From the NCBI GenBank assembly GCA_964016885.1, contig OZ024743.1:214272001-214336000 (forward strand): a stretch of DNA of 64,000 nt, written 5' to 3'. This DNA comes from Eledone cirrhosa (lineage: Eukaryota). Both the position numbers and the translations under genes were made by a program. Shown here one piece after another: positions 25,009-38,612 of the stretch (positions are counted from its first letter, which is position 1; each line of letters begins with the position of its first letter). Below the pieces are notes generated by a model. That model was not told the DNA's origin. It ran no database searches and saw nothing but the letters and a program-made list of their open reading frames with translations.

Positions 25009-25292
25009 TGTGTCCCTCTTGCTTCTGCTAGACAATACCAGAAGGAGTTAGCCCCCCGGTGTTCACCTAGCTACAGCTTCCTCAATTTGTATTTCTTTCG
25101 AAATACGAAACTTCTATACATATTGTATAAATCTATGCCTGAAGCGAAATCCTATTTCTTTTCTATTATAAGTTGAGCCATCTCATGCAGATTCATATGC
25201 AAATGAGATTAATCACCTTATTTACACAGGCGAGAAAACCATATATTCTCGGCTGTTTTCAAGTCCAGCAGTCGCAGAGTAGTGGGTGGGAT

Positions 25293-25332
25293 CATCCTAA
25301 CGATGGCCAGTCAAGCCTGAAATACATAGAAG
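25293..25332 (+). ncRNA. Hammerhead ribozyme, family B, degenerate
   Basis: catc-CTAACGA-tggccagtcaagcct-GAAA-taca-TA-gaag (G5A change in the core). Confidence 0.55.
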
Positions 25333-25446
25333 ATTGTCCCCCTTGCTTCTGCTGGACAACACCAGAGGGCGTTAGCAGGTGTTCACATTCCTAAAATCGT
25401 ATTTCTTTCGAAATACAATCTTTCTATACATATATATATATATAAT

Positions 25447-25545
<99 letters not shown>

Positions 25546-26413
25546 ATAAATAATTACGTTTAATCTATACATATGAAATATATATTGCTTATGTTATTCA
25601 ACAAAGAAAGCTCAATGAACTTTAAATTCAGAGTATAATGTATGTATATATTTGTGTTTGCGTTTGTGTGTGTGTGCGTGCGCGTGTGTATGTGTAAGTA
25701 TGAGTTTGTATATGCGTGTGTGGGCTTGGCTCTATGTATGGGTAATTATGTATAAATATGCGCGTATATATATACCTTGATAGTTTTCTTACTCATTGTT
25801 TCCTAATTGGAAATATTTTAATGTGCGTTTCATAAGTGTCACATTAATATACATAAATGTAAATGCTTTCAGGTTGTGCATTAATGGAAGTGATCATAGC
25901 GTTAGAATATCTATTTGTTAGTTTATCGTATAAAGTATTTATAAGTGCTATTATTAAGATCATTTTCCGTGAATTCGATGTTTTCATAGGATATCCGACT
26001 GTTACATTGTTCGACACTCATATGGGGTTCTATTAAAATTTTCTCACGATTTTATTGCTACTGGACAATATAGGTATATATTAGAAACAGCATAAACATG
26101 TATATTATAGTTAATTACTATTCCTATATTTGGCTCTGCTTTGCCCATTTCTCTGTGCTATTGTTTGGATTTAAAGATTGAGATGCGGTTTGGTACGTTG
26201 GTGATGAAATATCTAAGAAAATGGGGACAATTCACATATGATAGAAGAAGGTGGTAAATACTTTAGTGTAAGCAATAACTGATTCATATGTAGCACATAT
26301 TGATACATACAGACCAGCCACACCCTATAAATAAACACGTGCTTCAACACACGTGTGGATTTATATGGTTCACTTTTCTGTCTGAAGCCGCAATTGGCAC
26401 ATTATTTCAGATG

Positions 26414-26446
<33 letters not shown>

Positions 26447-26586
26447 TCGGAAAATATTGTTTTGGTAAAAACAGGAGTAAGCAGGAGAAAGCTCTAAACA
26501 ATCGTTGTTTTTAGTTACGATGGAGAATTTTATAAAAATAACAAAATAAGATGCTGGATATATGTAACCTCAGCATCTTATTTTGT

Positions 26587-26617
<31 letters not shown>

Positions 26618-26753
26618 AGAAATAAGATTTCGCTTCAAGCATAGCTTTATACAATATGTATAGAAATTTCGGATACCACCTAGAAGGCGTTGCCCCCCCC
26701 CCCTGTTTACATAGTTACGTCTTCCTAACACCGTATTTCTTTAGAAATACGAA

Positions 26754-26882
<129 letters not shown>

Positions 26883-27009
26883 TGTGTGTGCGTGCGTGCG
26901 TGTGTGTGAGTGTGTGCCTGTGTGTGTGTGTGTGTCTGTGTTTGTTAAATAATTCCGAGGAAAAGTTAAAGTAAAGAAGAATGCTCTCTGTATTTTACAG
27001 AGATATTTG

Positions 27010-27286
27010 ATTACATATTAAACAACACAATAGAGTTATTTCATTACCGAAGGTTTCGGGAATCTAAACGATTCCTACAGAAGCATTGGGCTCGTTTGTC
27101 CGACAAAATAATTATGTTTTGGATATAAATTTTGAAAATGATATCTATTTCAATATAATATCGTTTTCAAAACCCATATCCAAAGCAATTATTTTGTCTG
27201 ACGAACGAGCTATATGCTTCTGTAAGAACCATCTTTTCTCTCGAAACATTCGGCAATGGAATAATCATATTGCGTTGTTTATCATG

Positions 27287-27290
<4 letters not shown>
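27010..27290. repeat. Diverged inverted repeat with a degenerate hammerhead in each arm (27036-27111 minus, 27189-27264 plus; family C)
   Basis: Minus arm: ttattttgt-CGGACAA...GAAA-cc-ttc-gg-TA-atgaaataa. Plus arm: ttattttgt-CTGACGA...GAAA-ca-ttc-gg-CA-atggaataa. Confidence 0.65.
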
Positions 27291-27350
<60 letters not shown>

Positions 27351-27561
27351 TATACATACATACATACATATATGTATACAGACGTACAGTAGTATGTATA
27401 TATATATACATAAATGCACACATATATATATGCACGTATCGGTTTACCGAACATTTATTATAATGCTCGGTTTGTTTGTTTGTAAACAAACAAACAAACC
27501 GATTTACGCCGTACGGTGTTTAGGCAACCACGTCACCTTTTTGTTCAACACTGACACAGGA

Positions 27562-27604
27562 ACGATGTACTAGTTTCAAGCTTATTAGCTATCGTCAGCA
27601 TCGT
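27562..27604 (-). ncRNA. Minimal type I hammerhead ribozyme, family A
   Basis: Reverse complement acgatg-CTGACGA-tagctaataagctt-GAAA-ctag-TA-catcgt (perfect stem I). Confidence 0.85.
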
Positions 27605-28005
27605 ATACCTTCCTACGAGTGGGTAGAACGTCTGAAAGTATATACTTTCCTTATGCATATTAACGGCTGAGCAGCCTAATTTGCGTATCGAGTGAGTTCA
27701 GTCGGCCGGGCACACCGAACACGATAAATGGAATAGAATGAACGAAATTTCATTTCTCACTCTTACAACGGCACTTACTTAAATGTAAGTATGTATGTAT
27801 GTATACGTACATACATATATGTAGACAGACGTACAGTAGTATGTATACATATACACATACATGCACACATATATATATAAGCACGTATCGGTTTACATTT
27901 ATTATAATGCTCGGTTTGTTTGTTTGTAAACAAACAAACAGCCCGAATTACGCCGTACAGTGTTTAGGCAACCACGTCACCTTTTTGTTCAACCCTGACG
28001 CAGGA

Positions 28006-28048
28006 ACGATGTACTAGTTTCAAGCTTATTAGCTATCGTCAGCATCTT
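28006..28048 (-). ncRNA. Minimal type I hammerhead ribozyme, family A
   Basis: Intact core with one mismatch in stem I (aagatg/catcgt). Confidence 0.8.
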
Positions 28049-28184
28049 ATACCTTCCTGCCATATCGTTTTCGGTGTGCCCGACCGACCGAACTCACTCG
28101 ATATGCAAATTATGCTGCTCAGCCGTTAATATGCATGAGGAAAATATATACTTTCAGACGTTCAACCATCTGGCAGGAAGGTAT

Positions 28185-28227
28185 ACGATGCTGACGATAG
28201 CTAATAAGCTTGAAACTAGTACATCGT
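28185..28227 (+). ncRNA. Minimal type I hammerhead ribozyme, family A
   Basis: acgatg-CTGACGA-tagctaataagctt-GAAA-ctag-TA-catcgt. Confidence 0.85.
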
Positions 28228-29057
28228 TCCTGTGTCAGTGTTGAACAAACAGGTGACGTGGTTGCCTAAACACTGTACGGTGTAATTCGGGCTGTTTGTT
28301 TGTTTACAAACAAACAAATACAACTAACCGAAACGATAAGAGCACAAACGTGTGTGAGGTGGGTGGGTTGGTGGTTATATATGGGCATGTGTGTTTCTGT
28401 ATCACATCAAAAATAAAGTTTCAAATGAAATATACTCAGAAGTATAACAACCAAGGGAAAATCATCGATGACATAATTAAAGAAAATTAATTGCGATAAA
28501 GTGAATGTGATATGCGGTTAAATGACAGAGGAAAGAAAAGTTGAATTGTATTGACTCCTTCAGAGGCAATAAACGTAGTTTTTTAGAGAGAGATTGCCGA
28601 TAAAAATATATAAATCTGAAGCTTCACGGAGAATGATTAATGATGGAATCACGTTTGAATGAAAGATTTAAGTACGATAAATATGACTTGATTGTATGAT
28701 TTTAGAAAACAGAATGATTGTGAAACTTTAAATGACAATTGAGAAAAAAAAACTCAAACGTGTGTAACTAGGGGAAACAATTAAGTAAAAAATGACCCAA
28801 TGAGAAAAATAGGAGTAGATATTATGGTAGAGATACCAAACAATGATTACAATAGCGAAAAGTTAATAAATGAGAATCTAAAGCTTTAAATAAAATATAA
28901 CTACAAATACGTGAAAGGCTGAGAAGTAGGCAAGAATAAAAAAGCACTGATATATCAGATAACTTACCAGTGTATTTAAGGAAATATTGCTGTCTTCGTA
29001 CCTATAATAGAAGAGATAAAGAAACCTTTGCAACATGAATATTAATATACTTAAAGA

Positions 29058-29245
29058 TAATTGTTTCTACTTTAGGCACAAGGCCAGCAATTACCCAGTG
29101 CATTACTGGTACTTTATTTTATCGACCCCGTAAGGATGAAAGGCACAGTCAACTTCGGCGGGATTTGAACTCAGATCGTAAAGGGACGTAACTATGCTGG
29201 AAAGCATGGCGTCCGACCCTCTACCGATACTGCCAATCCACCGCC
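29058..29245 (-). mobile_element. tRNA-derived Nin-type SINE, full length
   Basis: Minus strand: ggcggtggat-TGGCAGTATCGG (A box) ... GTTCAAATCC (B box) ... gcctttcatccttacggggtcgataaaataaagtaccag ... agaaacaattat tail. Confidence 0.88.
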
Positions 29246-29280
29246 CTTTAAACCAACCTTTAATTAGCAATAACAACAAT

Positions 29281-29470
29281 AATAATTGTTTCTACTTTAG
29301 GCACAAGGCCAGCGATTACCCAGTTCATTACTGGTACTTTATTTTATCGACCCCGTAAGGATGAAAGGCAAAGTCAACCTCGGCGGGATTTGAACTCAGA
29401 TCGTAAAGGGACGTAACTATGCTGGAAAGCATGGCGTCCGACCCTCTACCGATACTGCCAATCCACCGCC
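29281..29470 (-). mobile_element. tRNA-derived Nin-type SINE, full length (tandem partner)
   Basis: Near-identical to 29058-29245. Confidence 0.88.
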
Positions 29471-30757
29471 ATTTACTTAAAGATATATACTTAAAGATAA
29501 TGTAAGACAAAAATTGCGGGAAATAGTGTGAAATGAAGAGGTTGGAGATAGATATTTACGCATTGGCAAAGCATATCAAAGTACATTAACTACATGTTTT
29601 CCGAATACAAAGTAAGTTTTATTGAAAGAGCCAGTGTATCATGTAAAGCTTCCGTAGTCCAGACTCAATGGTTAATCTTTTACCCTGTACTACCGGGTAA
29701 TGACAACCAAAGCAGAGAGGGGTTCAAATGATCTGGGATGCCATACTTTTCACAACTATGGTTTTGAGGAGCAAGCTATGAGAGTGCACCCTGTTTTTGT
29801 TGTTTTGCCGTATTTAGCATCTCGTGTGGTGAAACCTCTACCTGGCACCTCGATCACCTCGATCGTATGAAACAGGAACAAACAGAAACAGAACAAACTA
29901 ACACAAATTTGACTCGTCGCAACATGATGTAGAATATATGGAATAAAGGATCAAATTAAAGCCGAACGTTACTGCAATAAACTGTCCAAAGTATATGTAA
30001 CCAAGAAATGAGAGGAACATTGACATTTGTAGAATGATCACTAAAATCAAATAATGTAAATGAAAATCGAACATTGCCCAGAAATGTATCTTTTACATTA
30101 ATCTCTAGTGGACAAAAAAAAAAAAATAACGCTAGAATTTTTTTTTGAAATGCAGATGACGAAATTGAGCAGAAACCGTGACATTTAGATATTCCCATAA
30201 ACATATTGCCATGTTAAAATAATATGTAGTAATACAAATCGACAGATATCGTATACCACTAAACTACTCGAAGCTATATATTAGAAATGTACTATCTATT
30301 GATACCATGTGGAAATCAATCACATATAATGTTTATTGATCCTGTCAAACACATAAACCTTTGCTCTTCCATTTGCAATTTGAATTCATTTGTATATTAT
30401 ATTTCAATGTTTATCTTTTTTATTTTGCTTAATTCGTTTTATTCGTCATTTTCTCTTGGTATTCTACAATTGATTTATTCTGATAAAGTAATGGAAACTG
30501 TTTGTTTACAGTATATCTACCTTTCTATTTGCAGGTGTTACTTTGCGTTTTACGTTGCTTTATAGAATGATACATAAGTAAAAGTGTTTGATATTACGTT
30601 GCGACTAGTGAAAAGCAACATAAATCAATCATTAGAAATATTATGAAGGGTGTTGCGAATGAATGTATAATACACTTTTAGACAGAGGAGTAGTAGAATA
30701 GAATATATTTTCACAATATATATATGTATATATATGCTTTAAGCATCCCACACCAAT

Positions 30758-30855
<98 letters not shown>

Positions 30856-30964
30856 TTGTAATAGAATGAAACGAAATTTCATTTCACTCTTAGTACGGCA
30901 CTTACTTAAATGTAAGTATGTATGTATAGGTACATACATATATGTACACAGACGTACAGTAGCA

Positions 30965-31005
<41 letters not shown>

Positions 31006-31151
31006 GTACACATATATATATGTACGTATCAGTTTAGCGGACGTTTATTATAACGCCCGCTTTGTCCGGTTGTAAACAAACGGACAGCCTGATTTATGCC
31101 GTACGGGTTTAAGGCAGCCACGTCACCTTTTTGTTCAACACTGACACAGGA

Positions 31152-31194
31152 ACGATGTACTAGTTTCAAGCTTCTTAGCTAACATCAGCACCGT
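31152..31194 (-). ncRNA. Hammerhead ribozyme, family A, A9 mutated
   Basis: Reverse complement acggtg-CTGATGT-tagctaagaagctt-GAAA-ctag-TA-catcgt. Confidence 0.65.
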
Positions 31195-31429
31195 ATACCC
31201 TTCTGCCAGATGGTTGAACGTTTGAAAGTATATACTTTCCTTATGAAAATTAACGGCTGAGCAGCCTAATTTGCATATCGAGTGAGTTCAGTCGGCCAGG
31301 CGCACCGGAAGCGATAATTTGTAATAGAATGAAACGAAATTTCATTTCTCACTCTTAGTACGGCACTTACTTAAATGTAAGTATGTATGTATACGTACAT
31401 ACATATATGTATACAGACGTACAGTAGCA

Positions 31430-31527
<98 letters not shown>

Positions 31528-31684
31528 TATACATACAGGTACACATATATATATGTACGTATCAGTTTAGAGGACGTTTATTATAACGCCCGCTTTGTCC
31601 GTTTGTAAACAAACGAACAGCCTGATTTATGCCGTACGGTGTTAAGGCAACCACGTCACTTTTTTGTTCAACACTGACACAGGA

Positions 31685-31727
31685 ACGATGTACTAGTTTC
31701 AATCTTCTTAGCTATCATCAGCACCGT
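31685..31727 (-). ncRNA. Hammerhead ribozyme, family A
   Basis: Intact CTGATGA/GAAA core with a stem II mismatch (agct/agat). Confidence 0.75.
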
Positions 31728-31851
31728 ATGCCCTTCTGCCAGATGGTTGAACGTTCGAAAGTATATACTTTCCTTTGTTTACAAACGTACAAAGCGGGCG
31801 TTATAATAAACGTCCGCTAAACTGATACGTACATATATATATGTGTACCTG

Positions 31852-31943
<92 letters not shown>

Positions 31944-32177
31944 TGCTACTGTACGTCTGTATACATATATGTATGTACGTATACATACATACTTACATTT
32001 AAGTAAGTGCCGTATTAAGAGTGAGAAATGAAATTTCGTTTCATTCCATTACAACTTATCGTTTCCGGTGCGCCTGGCCGACTGAACTCACTCGATATGC
32101 AAATTAGGCTGCTCAGCCGTTAATTTTCATAAGGAAAGTATATACTTTCAAACGTTCAACTATCTGTCAGAGGGTAT

Positions 32178-32220
32178 ACGGTGCTGATGATAGCTAAGAA
32201 GCTTGAAACTAGTACATCGT
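32178..32220 (+). ncRNA. Minimal type I hammerhead ribozyme, family A
   Basis: acggtg-CTGATGA-tagctaagaagctt-GAAA-ctag-TA-catcgt. Confidence 0.85.
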
Positions 32221-32632
32221 TCCTGTGTCAGTGTTGAACAAAAAGGTGACGTGGTTGCCTTAACACCGTACGGCATAAATCAGGCTGTCCGTTTGTTTAC
32301 AAACGGACAAAGCGGGCGTTACAATAAACGTCCGCTAAACTGATATGTACATATATATATGTGTACCTGTATGTATATATATATATATATGTATGCATGC
32401 TACTGTATGTCTGTATACATATATGTATGTACGTATACATACATACTTACATTTAAGTAAGTGCCGAACTAAGAGTGGGAAATGAAATTTCGTTTCATTC
32501 TATTACAACTTATCGTTTCCGGTGCGCCTGGCCGACTGAACTCACTCGATATGCAAATTAGGCTGCTCAGCCGTTAATTTTCATAAGGAAAGTATATACT
32601 TTCGAACGTTCAACCATCTGGCAGAAGGGTAT

Positions 32633-32675
32633 ACGGTGCTGATGATAGCTAAGAACCTTGAAACTAGTACATCGT
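32633..32675 (+). ncRNA. Hammerhead ribozyme, family A
   Basis: Intact core with a stem II mismatch (agct/acct). Confidence 0.75.
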
Positions 32676-32824
32676 TCCTGTGTCAGTGTTGAACAAAAAG
32701 GTGACGTGGTTGCCTTAACACCGTACGGCATAAATCAGGATGTCCGTTTGTTTACAAACGGACAAAGCGGGCGTTATAATAAACGTCCGCTAAACTGATA
32801 CGTACATATATATATGTGTACCTC

Positions 32825-32949
<125 letters not shown>

Positions 32950-33006
32950 TTATGCATGCTACTGTACGTCTGTATACATATATGTATGTACGTATACATA
33001 CATACT

Positions 33007-33048
<42 letters not shown>

Positions 33049-36000
33049 CGCGCACACGTATGTATATGTGTATATATATTGTTTCTGCTGGAGTACTAGA
33101 TTGAAATTTATAAATTACTGTGTAAAGAATAGTGTCAGCTACATACATGGATAATCTGCTTCTCTTTAGGAATGTTGATGATATTTTAATTTACACATAT
33201 ACACGTTTGGTCATGGGGAAAAGTATTTACTGGACATAATTTCTTGCGCTGTTTTTACAATATCAGTGGTATTTGATGTTAGCACACACTTAAGGAAGCC
33301 TCAACAATGTCATTTATGTTGAAATTAAGAGGGACAGTAAACAATTCTCCTCTATTTTCTATCGCGCTATGATTTTGTAGTTTATAATTCAGAGAGCTGG
33401 ACACTGATGCCACGAAAGATCAGCGTAATGTAAGCTGAATATTCCGGTGATCATATTTCATTAACTTTGTCTTGATTTATTCATTTCAGACTCGGCCTTC
33501 GTTATGCAATCCATCACAAGTGAAACTCAATGTTTGTCCTAGACATGAGTAGCACTTATCAGGCGATTCATCATGAGATATTCTTTTTTAATTTCATAAG
33601 GAAATGTATTTTTCTCAACGTACCGACGAAATTCTATATTTGAATCCCTAAAGTTTATTCTAATGACCTTCTTAAATGATCTGTTTTCTTTATTGCCGTG
33701 GTTAAACGCCTAGTTGGAGACGTGTCTCAATTCTCAGAATCTACTCCCATTAATAGCTTGTTTATGAACTGATACAATATCAAATGTAATCAATCAGTAC
33801 CTGTAGGATATCAGCTTTATATGATACGAGGACATATTTAATTGCTTTGTTGTTGTCCTCACAGACGTAATGCAATATATTGAAATTAGATTAAACATTG
33901 AATTATCATCTACGAGAGTTCGTGAGGTTTTTAGCTAATATTAATATTTCGGTAAACCACATACGTTCACACTCCACATAAGTCCATGTATATATCTTGG
34001 ACAATATTATGACTGGGTGTATGGTGGGAATTAACAGCGAGGTTTATTACGATATCACTTTAGAAATCAGAAGTTCAAGCGCAATTGAGAGCTAGCTGAT
34101 TAACCAGATTTAATGTTGCATCGTATCATAAAATCTCAGTTAGGTAAAGCGTGATTCAATAGTACTTAGTGTATTATATGTATTTGGTTTGTGGGTCTCT
34201 GCTCTGTTACTTTCTCCAGATAGATTTACAATGCCGTGATCTACATTTATTTTCTTGTTCCACATTTTTGAATAATGTCTACACTAAATGTTTTGTCATT
34301 GCCGCTGACTTGTACATTATCCTTATTCCGGGCCTGTCCCATTGCACTGAACAATACAGACATTGTGTCGTTTACAGTCCCGGTTATATGTAATGTGAGG
34401 GGAATTGAATAGATAAGAAGTGTACAAATGTCCTTCGTATGTAGACTCAAGCACACGCACGCACATTCACACACGCGCACGCATTCACAATCACGCACGT
34501 ACGCACACACCCAGAAATATATATATATATTGAGAGAGAGAGATAGAGAGAGAGAGAGAGAATAGGTGGGATAGGGAGAGAGGGAGAGAGAGACAAGGAG
34601 AAGTAGATATATAAATGGATAGACACGGCTCAGTGTGTGTATGTGAATGTGCATGGATATCTCTCCTCTTGTATCCGTACGATTTGACTTCTGTATTTAG
34701 ATCTCAATAAACGTTTGGAAAGTTTTATTATTTTGCCACGTCAATTACGGACTTTTTTCGTAATCTCCGTAATGAGCTACGCATTTTCTTTTTCTCGTGA
34801 TTGGTATTGCGGTTGTTAGCTACACAAGTCCGTTCCATGATAATGATATGTCTAAATGTAAGCTTATATATAATCTGTGTGATATCTGCAGATTTCTTAT
34901 TATTCTGGATATGTATTTTGTTGTGTTTTTCTTAATTTTACGCCAATTTGACGACTGATGTTGACAATTTTGAGAATTCTCTTTTCCCTGCCTCATGAGA
35001 ATATATTTCGTTTGTTGTTTCGTCTATTTTATTGACGAATTAACACGAACATTCCACCCGCATATTCCATGGCATATTTAGCAATTAAAATAAATACCGT
35101 CTTATAAATTGATGTTCAACGCACAACATAGTTAGATATTCATTCATAGCCGCACTCCGACGTTTGCTACTTACCATATGTAATATGTGCGTAACTTCTC
35201 GGTGTCGGATATTCTTAAACACGTATACCATTTTTGTTATTTTCTTATAATTTTCATTTGCAAGAAAAGTAGAAAACGTAATTTCTCTTGATATGAACTA
35301 AGATTACTTTTCAATATGGGTGCATTCAGTATAGCAAATTCAAATTGCAATGCAAAAAAAAAGAACAGAAAGATAAAGAAAAATAAATATGAAAATATTC
35401 GAAGTTTCATCAGAGATACAAACTTATGCCATATTCAGGTAAATCTCTCGAGAACTACTGTTAAATCCAGCATTATTCATTTCACATGAAATATGTATAC
35501 ATCAGTGCAGTAACGTTTGTAAATGATTCTTTCTGGTGTTCTGCAGTGGCCAATTATTTTTTACGAAATTATATAAAGTACGAACTAAATTTAATATAGA
35601 AGAATGTATCTATAAATAGCAATGAGCGGAGGGAAAGACTGCAAAAACCGCTTTAATTATAACTCTAATTATATACTGACGGCCAATGGATAACACATTT
35701 TGCTGTGCGCTATGCAATGAAATTGGTAGGAGATAAGACGGAGCGGAAACGAAACTAATAGAAACCGAAAATAACATTACCAAAACGTATGCCTATATCT
35801 ATATAGTATAAATGCCATATAAAATATTTTCAACTTGAAGCAATTGAGAAATTGGATAATATCACCTGCACACTATGCGATTAAAAAACATCATAATTTT
35901 AGCTGTCAAGGCGGCAAGTAGTAATGATGTCAGTTGGGTAATATGACATTTCGACAGGAAAACTTAAAATAATTGGTACCGGAGAAAGTACCGGTGCATG

Positions 36001-36807
36001 AAATGGCATGGCTAAAATTCTTAGGAACACATATAGATACGCAAATGTGTAAGGATATTAATAACATACGCACAGATGGAGTTCTGCAAGCTATAAAATG
36101 AATTTATATGGAATGTAATAGACATCATAACGCGTTGCAACGAAATTATCACTAAAAAAGAAGCGAAAAATATTCAATTTAGAAGACATCCAAACAGGAA
36201 ATAAAGTCCTGGTGTTAGTGTATTAAAGAATCCCACATCATAATTGGTATAATGCGTTTTATAGAAGTAATATGCGAAGAACAAATTAAGCCTACATAAA
36301 GCAATGCGTCTTGATATAGTTTCCAAACGATAGATCTACTAGGAAGAGTTCAAGCCAACTAAAACGTTATAAATTTAATAGCAGACTATATACGTGTCGT
36401 GCAAATATAGTAAGAATATGTAGAAGATAACAAAAGACTATGCTACGTTTAAATGATTACGTAATCTATAATTTGACAAATATCTGATTTATTCATACTT
36501 AAGAATCTGCAAAATTTCTAAGCTGTAACGTAGCAATGAAATCAGGTAGAATACTGTCCAAGGAGCATAAAGGACATTCCATAGTCTTTTGAGATTTTCC
36601 TCTTTCTCATATATTCCTTGATCTAAGAATTTCCAGAACGATTCAATTATGTTCATATCGAGGTCTTAATAGTGTGTCTGGAGCGGTTTGTCATAATCTT
36701 AAACAATCCCTTAAAATAGTTTCGTTTCCCAATATATTGTTTCCTCTTATAGCAGCATATTTAAGATCGCTACCACCCTAAAAACTATTCCCCACAAGAC
36801 ACTGTTT

Positions 36808-36978
36808 AGATGGCAGTATCCGTAGAGAGTCGGACGCCATGCTTTGCAGCATAGAGTTACGGTCTGAGTTCCGCCGAAGTTAACTTTGCCTTTCATTCTT
36901 ATGGGGGTCGATAAAATAAAGCACCAGTAATGCAATGGGATAATTTCTGGCCTTGTGCCAAAAGTAGAAACAATATTA
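36808..36978 (+). mobile_element. tRNA-derived Nin-type SINE, partly deleted
   Basis: tggcagtatccgtagagagtcggacgcc...gggggtcgataaaataaagcaccag...ggccttgtgccaaaagtagaaacaat. Confidence 0.8.
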
Positions 36979-38402
36979 TAGTCGGATATTATCTGATGAT
37001 ATTACTTAGCGTCTATTATGCTATTGCATTTAGAGGAAATCTCGAGTCCTCTAACTGGCCAACAATTCTATACATTGCTAGGTCAAATGTTTGAATGGAA
37101 GTTTTAAACATATTTTATCAGTTCTTTCTCAGGCTCTCTTTTCAATACCTCTCTCCGTTGGCACTTGACATGTTGCCGAATTTGGAGACCGATCTCCAAA
37201 GTAAATTTTGCAACTGACCAATGCACTGTTTTTTTTGTTATTGCATATGTCCTTTTACTTATTCCTTTTTTTATGGGTATAGTATTTGTAATTATACGTC
37301 CTGGAACACTTTTTACACACTTCAAATTAATGACAAACGATGAATTTGCGTATCATTCATTATTTTAGAGAAGGTATCACCATATCTGGTGACAGATTTA
37401 TTTCACTATTTTAAAGATGTTCGCTTCAATTATGAAACAGTGGTTTTCGACTGTTATGAGACCCTCTAATGTCTAACATTGTCTATTTTTCCTTTTAGAG
37501 ATATACCGAACGGTATATCCTAAGATTCCGATTTTCATAAAATCTAAATTGTAATATCTCTTATTCGTTTACAAAACGTGGCCAGTTTGAAATTGAAAAC
37601 GTATACATATTCATCCTTACCCAATCCATCTTGGTTTCAACAACGGAACGGACTTAACATTATCATTAAACCATGTGTATCATGATATCCAGAAATTGAC
37701 ATGTTTATCCGTGTATATTGCATGAGTATATATTATGACAGCATTGTTAAATACACACAAGTATGCAAAACCCAAAACCCGTTAAATGGCAATACCCTTG
37801 GCCCATGTTCTCAAAACTTGAGTAAGTGTTGCATTGTTTGTTACATTATGTTATTCAATATGTGTTTTATATGATAATAACAAAACTGTTGCATGTTATA
37901 TTACTTAGACAGTTTACAGAGCAATGAATATGAACCCTTATTACACTAACCGAACTTACAATGTACTGGATACTCGCACAGGAAAACGAAAATCAGGTAG
38001 TACGTTAATAGACATCGATTAACAACAATCAAATCGGGCTAGATTAAATTATATTTAAATACATTTATTGTACACTTAAATATGGGTTGATGGAAATTCG
38101 TTTGCTGAGATAGCACATATATGTAGATATTTAGATAGCTATTTAAAAGATGACGAATAGATTGTACGCATTAGAAAATCAGAAGAATGCTAAGTGAGTA
38201 AAATTGGTAAATAATATGAAATAATTTTTAAAACAAAGACAATTAACGGAAAGATTTACTTTAGGCCATCAACAAATACGTGCCTCGTTTATTTGAATTA
38301 ATTGTTCGTTAAGAATGTGGGTGTGAATATCCTGTACGGAGGAACAGTTTAAATTGTCCATTGGTTATTACAGGCAATGAGGGCAATGAGTTTTGTATAT
38401 AC

Positions 38403-38435
<33 letters not shown>

Positions 38436-38494
38436 ATTGTATATACAATACCTCTCTCTCTCTCTATCTATATCTCTCTCTATATATATATATA

Positions 38495-38544
<50 letters not shown>

Positions 38545-38612
38545 TGTGTTTGTACATATGTATGTGTGTGTATGTATATATATCTATATCTATATCCATC
38601 TATATATATATA

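Larger units (their letters stand above)
24806..25430 (+). mobile_element. Hammerhead repeat family B: short 5' inverted piece plus two tandem ~324-nt units
   Basis: Ribozyme cores at 24973 and 25297. 24806-24840 is the reverse complement of the unit's 3' end (tatttctttcgaaatacgaaa...ctatacat). Followed by (TA)n. Confidence 0.8.
27347..28318. mobile_element. Hammerhead repeat family A, cluster 2 (two minus units, inversion at ~28062, one plus unit)
   Basis: The minus HHRs are 444 nt apart. (TA)n lies on the left. Confidence 0.85.

Noticed and set aside
26536-26592. 21-bp-stem hairpin (aaataacaaaataagatgctg/cagcatcttattttgttattt)
   Set aside because: AT-rich, adjacent to (TA)n and single-copy here. 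It is likely a small fold-back, with no evidence for a miRNA.
29058-29470. tRNA genes suggested by A and B boxes
   Set aside because: The boxes belong to SINE heads, and no cloverleaf forms.
33100-38300. Possible host exons (isolated splice-like sites)
   Set aside because: No ORF with recognisable protein similarity. Small exons cannot be excluded without transcript data.
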